Source of the DNA: a virus | Length of the DNA stretch: 64,000 nt | IMG/VR virus record: IMGVR_UViG_3300008085_000023 | Span: 77,906-141,905 of that record | Strand: one strand, 5' to 3' | In this document: positions 35,724 through 46,198 of the stretch, piece by piece | Numbering within the stretch: the stretch's first letter is position 1 | How the letters are laid out: each line of letters begins with the position of its first letter | Notes under the pieces: generated by a model | The model's input: only the letters and a program-made list of their open reading frames with translations | Databases searched by the model: none | Told to the model about the DNA's origin: nothing | Translations under genes and position numbers: made by a program

Positions 35724-36959
35724 TCAATTCCAACCTTTTAAAATGTCCGGCGAGAAGTTAAGATATGAAAAGTTTAGTCTATCAACCAACTTAACAGCAT
35801 TACCTTTTTGATCAATAGCAACATATCCTTCGGGCTCAGTCACTTTATATGTACCATCCTGCATTTTAACAAACGTTGATGTCTGTTGAATCTCGTTCAT
35901 CTTGTTGACGATATACATTTTAGCATCGACGATAGCGTTCTGCAATTGAAATAACTTGTCAAGCTCAGCCATGTTTTTCTTAGAGAAGAAAGCCATAAAC
36001 TCGTCGTGTTTAGCCTGCACTGAAATTTTGCCTTTTTCTGATTTACGCTTTTCGATTTCAGCTGCTGCTCGAGCGTTAAACCAATCAATGAGGTTTGAAA
36101 CATGCCGCGATGTATTACCAATTCGCTCTCCCTTTCGAACGAGTGTATTGTTATACTGCTCGATTAGACGGGCGAGTGCTGGATCATTTTCTAGATCCTT
36201 GAGAATGCTGCTAGATAACTTTTGGAATATCTTGCCTGCATTTGAAAGAATCTTTGTTACTGCATCGGAATCCTTCTTTGTAAATGTTGCTGTACCAGAA
36301 AGATCGTGGTACTCGGCATCTTGCATCCACACCGTAGGTTTCTGCATAATACCTGATAGGTTAACTTTATATGAAGCCTTCATGTTATCAAGAGATGGTC
36401 CTGTATAAGTCGTATGGAATACCACACCAATATTAGCCTTCTTGATCTTATTAGCTAGATCTGAGCCTACAGGTACTGCATATACAATCGTATTGGGCTG
36501 GAAGGTGATATACTTCTCTCCACCAATCGTCTCGGTTGTCAGGTCACTCTTGGTGAACATTAAATCCCCTTGGATTATATTCACTATACCCGTATCCTTA
36601 AGTTCATTGAAGGCCGTCTTGAGCTTCTCTGCCAAATCACCCGATGTATCAGCATCAATGTCTTCTACAGATTTATACACCTTTGGATTCTTAGCAAATA
36701 GTCCTTTCTTCGCAATAAAAAATTTGTTATCTGCGGGATCCTCTCCAACAAAAATTGCCGGCGCGCCGTCCCATTTAACCGTGCGGTTAATAGGTGATGT
36801 GGCGTTACCTGCCATTGTATCGCGGATTCCCCGAAGCATGTTAATAGCGTTGCGTACACCACCGACTCCACCATAAAGCACGAGGTCATCAATGTGTGTC
36901 ATATGGGTGTTTTTACCGTCGGCATACGCCTCGGCTAAGTATTCTCTAAATGATTGCAT
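35724..36959 (-). CDS. Conserved T4-like protein (KNTHMTH...TVKWDGAPAI family)
   Basis: TVKWDGAPA, QGDLMF, FQPNTIVY, PEGYV, KLVDR; ATP-grasp/ligase-like KxDG motif. Confidence 0.7.
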   Translation of the reverse strand: MQSFREYLAEAYADGKNTHMTHIDDLVLYGGVGGVRNAINMLRGIRDTMAGNATSPINRTVKWDGAPAIFVGEDPADNKFFIAKKGLFAKNPKVYKSVEDIDADTSGDLAEKLKTAFNELKDTGIVNIIQGDLMFTKSDLTTETIGGEKYITFQPNTIVYAVPVGSDLANKIKKANIGVVFHTTYTGPSLDNMKASYKVNLSGIMQKPTVWMQDAEYHDLSGTATFTKKDSDAVTKILSNAGKIFQKLSSSILKDLENDPALARLIEQYNNTLVRKGERIGNTSRHVSNLIDWFNARAAAEIEKRKSEKGKISVQAKHDEFMAFFSKKNMAELDKLFQLQNAIVDAKMYIVNKMNEIQQTSTFVKMQDGTYKVTEPEGYVAIDQKGNAVKLVDRLNFSYLNFSPDILKGWN

Positions 36960-36968
36960 ATTATTTCC

Positions 36969-38471
36969 TTAATGAAATAGCGCCTTGAGTTCAGGACGCA
37001 TTGTAGCCATGATTGAAGGTGAACTTCTAAAGTTACCTTTATAACGCATAACGATATCTAATAGAGGAGTTCCACCGACCGTCAAAATATATGTTAACGT
37101 TGCCGATGTTGCTCCAGCCTGAAATGCCTGCTTAACCTTGGGGTTTTGCTTCATTTCAATTTTACCTTTGCTAAGTAAGTCGTCAAGAACAGTCGTCATC
37201 GTGTTAACGTCTTTATACTCGCCCTTTTCAATAACCGGGCCACTCTTAAGATATCGACCGATGCCTGTAACTAGAGCAAAATCAAAGTTAACCTCTTTAA
37301 GATCCTTCAGCTCAGATTTGAAGATTAGTTTAATAAGACTTTCGGCAAATGGTTTAGCTTGAGCTTTAAACAATTCATCAATCGTTTTTAACACACTCTT
37401 CTGCGATTTGAGAGCAGCATTAATTAAACGATTATCAAGCGCATTCACGAATGTCTTCCATGGACGCTTAGCGCCTGAACCAATGAGCTCTGTAAGCGCA
37501 GCAGCTTTACCCTTTTTAAGAATTGTTTGTAATTCTTTTTGAATCGCTGGTTGGAATTCATTTACATTATCAATGATCATTCCTGAATAGAACTTGCCAA
37601 TTTGATCATCCAATTTATCCAACGCCATTCGTTGTTCTGCATTAGGGTTGTCATCCATCTCGTTAAGAGCCGCGGCTAATCCAGTGAATCCTTTATTAAT
37701 AAGCGTGGGATCGGCAGCGTTACCAGAGCCCTTCTTTTTTAATGATACACCAAGAAAGTTTTTACCCTTTTTGATAATGTAATCTGAAGAGTTAAAATCC
37801 TTCATTCCATACTTGGAAACTTGGAACTGCTTAACGTCATCGTCCCAAGCTTGGCCGGTAAGATATACTGTATCAGCACCTTGATACATAGAAGGAATCG
37901 TTGCCGCCGCTGATATAGCAGCACAAAGGTTTCCATAATCAGCCGCCATTCCGGAAATCTGACCCGCCGTAGCGCCTTTAACTTTGCCGCTCTTTACAAC
38001 CTTTTGTAATTCAGCGATGATAGTATCTAGTTCTTCAGGCGTTTTTGGATCGGGCACTGACGACAACAGTGCGATGGCTGCTGAGAATAATTCGTTTGGA
38101 TCGCCATCAGACTTGAATCCTGCAGCGGGACGGTTTTGGATGTATACTGACTTCTTAATATCGGGATGAGTGAGCGCAAGGTCTTTACCAATACGATCAG
38201 GCTTGGTGACCTTGCCGAGTTTCCACTTTTCATCCGCCTTTACAATTTCTTCAGCTTTAGATACATAGGAGGTGCGTAAATGTCCTGGTATATACTGATC
38301 AACATAGATTGTTTTACTATTTGTTTTAGAGTTGATTGAACTTTCGGTAACATCTACAGACTGAATTCCAGTATCCAGCTTTTCTAGAAATTGGATTGTG
38401 ATTATCTCTGCATCAGTTTGTGGCGGCCGAACAGCTTCATTTAGATGAAGATAGTCGATAAAATTAAGCAT
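36969..38471 (-). CDS. Hypothetical protein with a PD-(D/E)xK-like motif
   Basis: NSSDYII...GVSLKKK; TATAAATA at 38501-38508. Confidence 0.5.
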   Translation of the reverse strand: MLNFIDYLHLNEAVRPPQTDAEIITIQFLEKLDTGIQSVDVTESSINSKTNSKTIYVDQYIPGHLRTSYVSKAEEIVKADEKWKLGKVTKPDRIGKDLALTHPDIKKSVYIQNRPAAGFKSDGDPNELFSAAIALLSSVPDPKTPEELDTIIAELQKVVKSGKVKGATAGQISGMAADYGNLCAAISAAATIPSMYQGADTVYLTGQAWDDDVKQFQVSKYGMKDFNSSDYIIKKGKNFLGVSLKKKGSGNAADPTLINKGFTGLAAALNEMDDNPNAEQRMALDKLDDQIGKFYSGMIIDNVNEFQPAIQKELQTILKKGKAAALTELIGSGAKRPWKTFVNALDNRLINAALKSQKSVLKTIDELFKAQAKPFAESLIKLIFKSELKDLKEVNFDFALVTGIGRYLKSGPVIEKGEYKDVNTMTTVLDDLLSKGKIEMKQNPKVKQAFQAGATSATLTYILTVGGTPLLDIVMRYKGNFRSSPSIMATMRPELKALFH

Positions 38472-38513
38472 AAAAATCCTTGTGATTAGCTATTCTATAG
38501 TATTTATATAGGT

Positions 38514-40229
38514 TTAGGTCTCTATAGCTGCGTGGGTGAATAAGTCTTTTTTGTAAACCTTAATCAATCGACTAAAATCAGATGACTCTTTAACTTCGCC
38601 ACGATGCGAAATAACCACAATATTACTGTCAGCTTCAAGCGTGTCAAATACTGTCTTTAATGCGTTCAACCCAGGTTCGTCAAGTGATGCGTCCATGATC
38701 TCATCAAGAATAAGCAAGTTGACGTCAGTGCTATGCTTCAATTTAGCAATACGTCTCCATGTAAACATTAACGCTAAATCAATCCGCGCCTTTTCACCTT
38801 CTGAGAAGGATGCGTATGAAAAATCATCGCGGTGGCGTGATCTAATCTTTTCATTGAAATTCTCATCAATGGTAAACGATACGAAAAAGTCAAACAACTG
38901 GAGATATTCATTGATCATACGATTCATTGCAGGAAGGTACTGCTTAATGATCTTGGTTTTAATTCCAGTATCCTTAAGCAATTCATCACACATACTTTGA
39001 TAGCGTATACCTTCGAGATGCTTTGTACGTATATCTCGTTTCTCATTTAACTCGACCAATAGACTAGTAAGATGCTCTTTGGCGTGAATCAGTCTATTTT
39101 CACTATGCGTTTCATTAATTGAATCGAGCTTAGCAAGCTTTTCAGCTTCTTTTGTTTGAATCAAACGCTGAAGATACGAAATATCACCGTGTAGTTTATT
39201 ACGCTCAGTTTGAATATCAATAGCAGTCTGATAATTCTTTTCGATTTCAACAACTTTAGCTTTAAGTGCAGCATAACCATCGCTGACATTACTAATCTTG
39301 TGAGTCAGACTGTCAATCATTTTCTGCTTGGTTTTCATTGTAATAGTCTGAGAACACGAAGGACACACATCATGTTCTTTGAAAAACTCTGCACTTGCCG
39401 AAAGGCGTTTTATCTTCCCGCTAGTACTAGCCTCGTATTGGCGTATTAGGTCGCGCTGCTTGCGAGTTTCCTTAACATTTAACGTTTCAAGCTCACCAAG
39501 CGTATAAGAAATGTCTTCAATTTTAATTCCCAAATCAACAATTTCTTGATCGATGACGTTAATCTCAGTTTCAATACGATCGCGGTTATTATCTGTAATA
39601 GATGTAATATCATTGATGTGCTCTTTTTGTAATTCAATCTTTGATTCAATTACGTCACATTCGCGATCAAGGGTTGCAAGGGTTTCCTTAGTGGCCGCCT
39701 TTTCATCACGCAAGACACTATTCATTTTCGAAAAGATACTAATGTCTAGCAAATCCTCAATAACACCACGACGATGATACGGCGCTAATTGCATAAATGG
39801 AATAAATGATGAAGATCCAAGCACTACAATTTGATGAAACGAACGATGATTCAACTTAAGAATGCTATTCTCTAGAACCTTCTGATAATCACGTGAATGC
39901 GATTGTTGGTTAATCATAACACCATTTTTGAATATTTCAAAAATGTTGGGTTTGATCCCACGACGAACGCAATACTTAGTTGTGCCAATGCTGAATTCAA
40001 TTTCAACAAGCGTGTCTTTACCGTTTACAGAGTTAACTAATTGTGGCTTGTTAATATCACGATGCGGTTTACCAAATAATCCAAATGACAATGCGTCCAG
40101 TAAAATAGATTTACCTTCCCCATTGGCTCCAACAATTAAAGTCGTAGGTGAAGTATTAAGTTCAATTTCAACTGGCTTATCACCAGTGCTTAAAAAGTTA
40201 GAATAAGTAATCTTCTTAAAGACTATCAT
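38514..40229 (-). CDS. gp46: Recombination endonuclease subunit, Rad50-like
   Basis: GANGEGKS, CPSC hook, FSEGEK, LILDE. Confidence 0.95.
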   Translation of the reverse strand: MIVFKKITYSNFLSTGDKPVEIELNTSPTTLIVGANGEGKSILLDALSFGLFGKPHRDINKPQLVNSVNGKDTLVEIEFSIGTTKYCVRRGIKPNIFEIFKNGVMINQQSHSRDYQKVLENSILKLNHRSFHQIVVLGSSSFIPFMQLAPYHRRGVIEDLLDISIFSKMNSVLRDEKAATKETLATLDRECDVIESKIELQKEHINDITSITDNNRDRIETEINVIDQEIVDLGIKIEDISYTLGELETLNVKETRKQRDLIRQYEASTSGKIKRLSASAEFFKEHDVCPSCSQTITMKTKQKMIDSLTHKISNVSDGYAALKAKVVEIEKNYQTAIDIQTERNKLHGDISYLQRLIQTKEAEKLAKLDSINETHSENRLIHAKEHLTSLLVELNEKRDIRTKHLEGIRYQSMCDELLKDTGIKTKIIKQYLPAMNRMINEYLQLFDFFVSFTIDENFNEKIRSRHRDDFSYASFSEGEKARIDLALMFTWRRIAKLKHSTDVNLLILDEIMDASLDEPGLNALKTVFDTLEADSNIVVISHRGEVKESSDFSRLIKVYKKDLFTHAAIET

Positions 40230-41311
40230 ATTACTGTCTCCAACATTGATGCTTCTGCATAAAGGTGCTGCAACATGGTTTTTAGTTTATCCTTATCAAG
40301 AGGAGTCGAAAGTGTATTATCGACGTAATCATCTATAAGCGTCGATGTGTCTTCAATTGCTTCAATGTTTTCTTCAGCTTCAATTGATGAACCAACGTCA
40401 AAGTTTTCAATAACCGAAAGATCAAATGGATTCTTCTGTTGAATCTGATTAATGAACTGATCAAAAATATGATAGTTGTTTTTTTTCTGCACAACAACTC
40501 TAACAAACGTATCAGTAATATTGCTGATATCGGCGTTAGCTAAAATGTCTTCAATCGACTCAGCATCTGTATCATTGTAATAGAAACGATAATACAAATA
40601 ATTAGTGTTCTGCACGGCGTGCACGTCTCGCGATACAGTATCTAGCACGTGGAAGAATTTGCCATCATCAACATCACTCCAATTGAATTCGTACTGAGAT
40701 CCCAAATACATTACATTTTGATGGGTGCCCCGTGTATGATAATGACCAGATAACACTAAATCGTATTGAGAAAATACTGAAAGGTTCTCACCCTGTGATT
40801 TAATATTTGAATTTGCTATGTACTTGAATCCAGCAACTTCAAAGTGGCCGGCAAGTATTGGACATGTAGAATTAGCAATGAAGTGGAGTGAGTCGCTATA
40901 GTTCGTATTATTGATCCATGGAACAAGACCAACATCAACGCCATCATAATCGATAATAGTAGGTTCCATGTGCAGTGTAACACAATCAGAATAATGCTTT
41001 AGCACTTCAACCAATGAACAAAGGTCATTGGTATTACGAAAAAATGTATCGTGATTTCCAGGAATAACATGCATATGCATATTATTTTCTGCAAGTTTTT
41101 CCAAGAATTGTTCACGAACAAAACGTAATGTCTTAATTGATATTTGACGTCTATTATCAAACATGTCACCAAGATGAAGTATTTCTGTGATACCATGTTC
41201 TTTACAATATGGAAAGAAAACGTTTCTATAAAACAAACTTTGATAGTTCATATAATGTGATGAACCGTTTTTATACCCAAAGTGTGTGTCATTAAGGATT
41301 GCTATTTTCAA
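40226..41311 (-). CDS. gp47: Recombination endonuclease subunit, Mre11-like (probable TTG start)
   Basis: NDTHFG, HLGD.FD, GNHD, SGHYH. Confidence 0.93.
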   Translation of the reverse strand: MKIAILNDTHFGYKNGSSHYMNYQSLFYRNVFFPYCKEHGITEILHLGDMFDNRRQISIKTLRFVREQFLEKLAENNMHMHVIPGNHDTFFRNTNDLCSLVEVLKHYSDCVTLHMEPTIIDYDGVDVGLVPWINNTNYSDSLHFIANSTCPILAGHFEVAGFKYIANSNIKSQGENLSVFSQYDLVLSGHYHTRGTHQNVMYLGSQYEFNWSDVDDGKFFHVLDTVSRDVHAVQNTNYLYYRFYYNDTDAESIEDILANADISNITDTFVRVVVQKKNNYHIFDQFINQIQQKNPFDLSVIENFDVGSSIEAEENIEAIEDTSTLIDDYVDNTLSTPLDKDKLKTMLQHLYAEASMLETVI

Positions 41312-41315
41312 AGTA

Positions 41316-41795
41316 TCACCAGTTTTCGTGCCGCGTCCGCATTCTCTCAACTATACCATTGGCTTCGTTGTTATAGCTATCATTCTGCATAAATTGATCA
41401 ATACCAGAATTACTAATGACGCGTTCTTTAATTTCCTGCTGGCGCTTCTCTTTAGCTATACGGCGCAGAAATGCAAAGTAAATGATTTGAGTAAAATATC
41501 CAAAAGCATTTGGTGCACCGCCTCGTGTTTTTGCCTTAGGGTTATAGTTACCAACGGCTTTCACACAATTCTCAACACCATCCATCACCATATCTTGACG
41601 ATACGAATAAGAATAAAAGCATGGTTTGTGGGATAAACCTTCGGCCATCCTCAAAAAACACTCTGCTACATAATCTGGCATAGGCGTGTCTCGGTCCTTG
41701 CGTAAAGTATATTCAACTACAGCCGCAGTAAAATCCTTGTTACTGACGTAGTGCTCTGGAGCTCGTCTAGTTCGTGTTTGTTTCATATTAGCCAA
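41316..41795 (-). CDS. gp55: Late-transcription sigma factor
   Basis: HYVSNKDF, F.SYSYRQDMVMDG.EN, NAFGYFTQI.YFAFLRRI.KEK. Confidence 0.95.
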   Translation of the reverse strand: MANMKQTRTRRAPEHYVSNKDFTAAVVEYTLRKDRDTPMPDYVAECFLRMAEGLSHKPCFYSYSYRQDMVMDGVENCVKAVGNYNPKAKTRGGAPNAFGYFTQIIYFAFLRRIAKEKRQQEIKERVISNSGIDQFMQNDSYNNEANGIVERMRTRHENW

Positions 41796-41815
41796 TCTGT
41801 TTAATTGATAGATCT

Positions 41816-41845
41816 ATACTACCATAATTTAAAGGGTTTGTACAC
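41816..41845 (-). promoter_or_regulatory. Early-type promoter of gp55
   Basis: GTGTACA-N17-TAGTAT. Confidence 0.72.
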
Positions 41846-41881
41846 AACTTTGTGTTGTTAACATATTGTGTAAAAATAAAA

Positions 41882-41911
41882 GTGTACAAGCTTATTCGAG
41901 TATGGTATAAT
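41882..41911 (+). promoter_or_regulatory. Divergent (antisense) early-type promoter
   Basis: GTGTACA AGCTTATTCGAGTATGG TATAAT with upstream A-tract. Confidence 0.72.
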
Positions 41912-41958
41912 CCTATCTAAGTTAATCGAACAAACAAAGCCAGTTGGAGTTTTAATAT

Positions 41959-42417
41959 CTAAATCTCGTCAGGCTTCCATTTGAATCTATTTAACCACTC
42001 TAATCCATCATCGATAGATGATGAGTTCCTAGACCTGTTATTAGTCTTCTTACAGTTATATTTGGGTACGGTTTTACCCATTCGTTCAGCATTGTCTTCT
42101 ATGATGGACTTACCGAATTTAATAAAGATTGATAGTGAAGGCTTATATGCAGTTAAGATATCATCTCCAGTAATAGGTACTAAAGGAAGATCTGCGCCTA
42201 CAGCCCATTGAGTCATGAATGTGTGTAAGGTATCGTCGGCAACAACCTGATGCAGAACGTATGGATATTGCAGAATATAGAAATCTTCGTGCTCACCTTC
42301 ATTCAATATAGCGATTATAGTTTCCCCAGTTGTTAACTTAAGAATTTGAGTTCTTTGATAGAACTCTGACTTTTTGATATCGGGATCACTACTAGTATCT
42401 TCTTGTATATAATACAT
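41959..42417 (-). CDS. Sm-like-fold hypothetical protein found between uvsW and gp55
   Basis: ILKLTTGETIIA...P...W; synteny. Confidence 0.6.
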   Translation of the reverse strand: MYYIQEDTSSDPDIKKSEFYQRTQILKLTTGETIIAILNEGEHEDFYILQYPYVLHQVVADDTLHTFMTQWAVGADLPLVPITGDDILTAYKPSLSIFIKFGKSIIEDNAERMGKTVPKYNCKKTNNRSRNSSSIDDGLEWLNRFKWKPDEI

Positions 42418-42439
42418 AATTCACTGTCTCTTATACTAT

Positions 42440-43921
42440 TTATAACTTAAATGAGAACATGGCGTGATCAAACTTCTCTCGCATATATAACTTCATTCGT
42501 TCAAGACCATGTTTCAAAGCAAAGTTCTTCTTTGACTTGCCATCTGTAATATCATCAATAATGTCATATACCCGCAGAATTGAATTCTCTCCATGTTTCC
42601 TGAGGCCTCGGCCGATGGATTGTAAAACTCTAATAACGGATTTTGTTGGACTTGCTAAAATGATGTTGTGTAGATTCTTAATGTTCACACCTGTTGAGAA
42701 CGTACCCATTGAAGCTACCAGTATTGCATTACTCTCCGTTTCCATTATTTTACGGATATATTCGCGGCTAGCAGTATCAATAGCCCCCGATATAAAGAAC
42801 GTGGTACGGCCTGAGTCACCCAATAGTTGTTTTAACTTCTCAAATAATGGTATACCATGGGTGTCCACATAGTTGTACAGGATGAGGGTATTTTTCTTCT
42901 GTGCTATAGCTAACCTGCATATAAATTCATTACGCCTATCATTTGAAACAAGGTATGCCATTTCGTCCGGATAACTAGATACCTCACGTCTAAAATCCTT
43001 AGCATCTTGGGATGAGTATTCTAAACGGAGCAAATTTATCTTAGTCTTTGACAAGGTATCAGCATCAATTAGCTTCTTCGTCGTAGTAGCTTTAAACACA
43101 TCACCAAATAATCCCTGTAACACTAGCTTATGCGTTTCACTATTATCTAATGTTCCTGTTGTACCAATACGATGTGTTGCGTTTACACATTTATCCATGA
43201 CGCTTGTAATCGACTTGGCCTTGGCTAGATGTGCTTCATCACAAATAACAGTGCCAAATGGTTCAAACCACCCACGACCAAGACGGAATATCGATTGCCA
43301 TGTAGTAATAACAATAGGTTTGTCACTAAGCTTTTCATGCCCTGAATAAATTTTATGTACATAGTCATCAGTTGACCAACCATTATTAATTGAATAATCA
43401 GCAAAATCGGAAGTCATTTGCTCAACTAATGATGTTGTAGGCACAATGATAAGAGTCTTCTGTTCAAGCACGGTTTGACTATATAACGCAGTAAGGTAAA
43501 TAACTAATGATTTGCCAGAACCTGTAGGCGATACAATAACATGTCTTTGATTCTGTATAATCTTGCGGAATGTCTCGAGTTGGTAATCCCTCAACACAAA
43601 AGGAATATCTATACACTCAAGAAATTTCTTGCACTGCTCGATGTCAACCGACGTAGGTTTTACAGACTCTTCTAAAGTAATATCGTAGTTGCTTTGTTTT
43701 GCAAACTTCAATAAATCTGTTACGAGTCCGTGCGGTAATACTTGATTACGCGTGTCAAGCAGACGGAGTTTTCCGTCCCAAAGACCATTGCGGTACTTTG
43801 GCATGAAACGATAGTTTGGAACGAAGAACGTATATCTATCGTTTATCTCGTGTAGAATCCCTCGATCGCATTGGATCCTTACATGGGATTCATTCATTTT
43901 TTCAACGTGTATGTCACTCAC
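42440..43921 (-). CDS. uvsW: RNA-DNA/DNA-DNA helicase
   Basis: SPTGSGKS, TTWQS, DEAH, TGT, QSIGRGLR. Confidence 0.95.
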   Translation of the reverse strand: MSDIHVEKMNESHVRIQCDRGILHEINDRYTFFVPNYRFMPKYRNGLWDGKLRLLDTRNQVLPHGLVTDLLKFAKQSNYDITLEESVKPTSVDIEQCKKFLECIDIPFVLRDYQLETFRKIIQNQRHVIVSPTGSGKSLVIYLTALYSQTVLEQKTLIIVPTTSLVEQMTSDFADYSINNGWSTDDYVHKIYSGHEKLSDKPIVITTWQSIFRLGRGWFEPFGTVICDEAHLAKAKSITSVMDKCVNATHRIGTTGTLDNSETHKLVLQGLFGDVFKATTTKKLIDADTLSKTKINLLRLEYSSQDAKDFRREVSSYPDEMAYLVSNDRRNEFICRLAIAQKKNTLILYNYVDTHGIPLFEKLKQLLGDSGRTTFFISGAIDTASREYIRKIMETESNAILVASMGTFSTGVNIKNLHNIILASPTKSVIRVLQSIGRGLRKHGENSILRVYDIIDDITDGKSKKNFALKHGLERMKLYMREKFDHAMFSFKL

Positions 43922-44370
43922 TAGATACCAGATTGAAACTTTCTAAACTCAATAATATTTTTGATCGCGCTGTGTCTCCAACGCAAAACACCGAGTATTT
44001 CTTCGATTGCTTCTGTCGTAATCTTTGAATACTCAATTTTCAGTTGAAGCGCTTGTACGTCTGAATCTGAATCGATGTAAATACTAAGTTCAGATTTCAT
44101 TGGCTTAGAGCATCCATTGAAAGGATCGTATGGCCAACCATAAGCATCCATTTCGTCTTGAGTCATCTTGCCAGTGTAGTACCGCCATTTATCCTTTTTC
44201 ATTTGCGAAAGCTTTAACTCACGCCTTTTTAACAGCATCCTTGATGCGTCAAATAATGATAGATATTTTGCGTGTAGTTTCGACGTATCAATAGACGCTG
44301 AATCGAGCTCGACTTTGTCAATGATAGCGTCATTTTCCCACATTTTGTGAATCGTATCTAAGTCAATCAT
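43921..44370 (-). CDS. uvsY: Recombination mediator
   Basis: LHAKYL, W.YY.GK, IKN.IE.RKF.SG. Confidence 0.9.
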   Translation of the reverse strand: MIDLDTIHKMWENDAIIDKVELDSASIDTSKLHAKYLSLFDASRMLLKRRELKLSQMKKDKWRYYTGKMTQDEMDAYGWPYDPFNGCSKPMKSELSIYIDSDSDVQALQLKIEYSKITTEAIEEILGVLRWRHSAIKNIIEFRKFQSGI

Positions 44371-44388
44371 AATGTAATTACCTCACTG

Positions 44389-44853
44389 TTATACTATTTC
44401 AAAGCTTTGATATGCGAACTCAACACTGCATGTCAGATATTCTAGATCTGTAATTTGTGTATTGAATTCTAAACCAGTCAAACTGGAAGGAATGACATTA
44501 TGAAAAAGCACCTGTTTATTCGTAGTATTTCTATTTGTAAGAATACTTAATGTCATGTCACGCCATATCAATTCGTTTGAGTGCGCGTTGTTGTATATCC
44601 AATTGAAGAGCTCGATATAGTTACGAAGTTTGTCGTCAACTAGAAACGTCACCGGCAAAGGCTGATAAGAAATTGTATCACCTGGAATAGGCGTTCTTCC
44701 ATTTCTAAAAGAGGCCTCGATTGATTCTAGAGTTATAGAAGGCAATTCAGCTGCTATACAAAAATACTCAAGTCCCTTAAACTCTTCCGAATTGATAGTC
44801 AAACGAAAACCAGTCGGGGATAACATCGCACTGCTATTAATTTCTTCTGCCAT
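44389..44853 (-). CDS. gp3: Tail completion / sheath stabiliser
   Basis: LSPTGF, LP.I.L, PGD, F.VD..L.NY; TATAAATA at 44859-44866. Confidence 0.88.
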   Translation of the reverse strand: MAEEINSSAMLSPTGFRLTINSEEFKGLEYFCIAAELPSITLESIEASFRNGRTPIPGDTISYQPLPVTFLVDDKLRNYIELFNWIYNNAHSNELIWRDMTLSILTNRNTTNKQVLFHNVIPSSLTGLEFNTQITDLEYLTCSVEFAYQSFEIV

Positions 44854-44867
44854 ATAGTTATTTATAC

Positions 44868-44905
44868 AAAAAAAGAAGAGCAGAGAATTTCTTCTCTGCT
44901 CTTCT
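44868..44905 (-). terminator. Intrinsic terminator after gp23
   Basis: 14-bp perfect stem plus T-run. Confidence 0.9.
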
Positions 44906-44925
44906 AGGGGAGGTTAAACTATCGC

Positions 44926-46158
44926 TTAGATAGAAGAAACCGTGAAGCGGCGGAAGTACACGTTAGACGCGGCCGTTCCGAACTCATCAGTTCCTGCACC
45001 AACCACAAATGGGTTAGCGGTCATACCATAGCGAGTCTTGAATCCGATACGAGGTTGGAAATCATCTTCACCAATCGCGCGCATCATTGTCAAAGGAACG
45101 TATGGGCAGTAGAACACACCGGCATCGTAGGCATTTGAGCCACGATAAACAACTGTGATATACTCAGCAGCAGCAAACGGGTCAACAAAGACCTTCATGC
45201 GGCCGTTCAACGTACCAGCAAACAAGTTACCGGTAACATCGACCTGCAGATCAGCTGCAAGCTGTGGGTTATGCTCAAGCATACCAGATGCACCCAAGGC
45301 AGATGCAATGTTTGCAGAGCAGATTACCACATTACCCTTACCACGGCGAGTCGTAAGTGCGATAGCGTTAGCCTGGCGCTCGATCTCTTGGATAAGGTTC
45401 TTGTACTTCTCAACAGCCCAACGGCCATCGTTAACTGCCATGTCATAGTCGCCCGATACCATCAATGTTCCGCGGTCAGCAGGAACAACAGCGGCAATGT
45501 TAACACCATCGATCATTTCACGATTGATTTCGTTAATGATTTCGCTTGAAAGGATGGATGCCAGTTCAGACTCTGCATCGAGACCATGAACAGCCTTCAA
45601 ATCCTGAGCAAGCTCAGTGGTATAACGAGCACGAAGAGCGCGGGACTTAACACCCACGGTCTGCTTCTCGATTGAGAATCCCATCTCACCAAAACCGCCT
45701 GGGTTCCGGACAGCATCGCGGGTACCTTCAAGTGCTTCAGCCTGAGTAGTTGTCAAACGACCTGAGAAGGCAGTATCAACATAATCATGCAGAGCTTCAC
45801 GTGAAGTTTCAACAGCATCGGTGGTCGTGTTGTATTCAGACTTCATTGCGAAGATAAGACCAGTAGGTCCTGTCATTGGCTGAACACCAGCAACATCATA
45901 AGCGATGATGTTAGGCATTGCACGGCGAACAAGGCTAATCAGAACTGGATCGTATGTAGCAACCTTACCAGCAGCAACATTCATCTCAGCTTCCGAAAGG
46001 AATCCGCTCATTGATGTGGTCTGTTCGCGATTCGCGATTTCCTGATTCTCGAGCAAGCGAGCCGTAACTGACTTACGCAGAGGATCGGTGATTGGAGCGC
46101 AGTCTTCGTGTTCTAGAACTGCTTGCCATTTCTTAACTAGTTGGTCGGTATTAAACAT
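44926..46158 (-). CDS. gp23: Major capsid protein
   Basis: GVQPMTGPTGLIFAM, ELAQDLKAVHGLDAE.EL, FYCPYVPL, IGFKTRYG; TATAAATA at 46189-46196. Confidence 0.98.
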   Translation of the reverse strand: MFNTDQLVKKWQAVLEHEDCAPITDPLRKSVTARLLENQEIANREQTTSMSGFLSEAEMNVAAGKVATYDPVLISLVRRAMPNIIAYDVAGVQPMTGPTGLIFAMKSEYNTTTDAVETSREALHDYVDTAFSGRLTTTQAEALEGTRDAVRNPGGFGEMGFSIEKQTVGVKSRALRARYTTELAQDLKAVHGLDAESELASILSSEIINEINREMIDGVNIAAVVPADRGTLMVSGDYDMAVNDGRWAVEKYKNLIQEIERQANAIALTTRRGKGNVVICSANIASALGASGMLEHNPQLAADLQVDVTGNLFAGTLNGRMKVFVDPFAAAEYITVVYRGSNAYDAGVFYCPYVPLTMMRAIGEDDFQPRIGFKTRYGMTANPFVVGAGTDEFGTAASNVYFRRFTVSSI

Positions 46159-46198
46159 TTTTTGTTTCCTAATTTGTGATTACGTAATTATTTATAAA

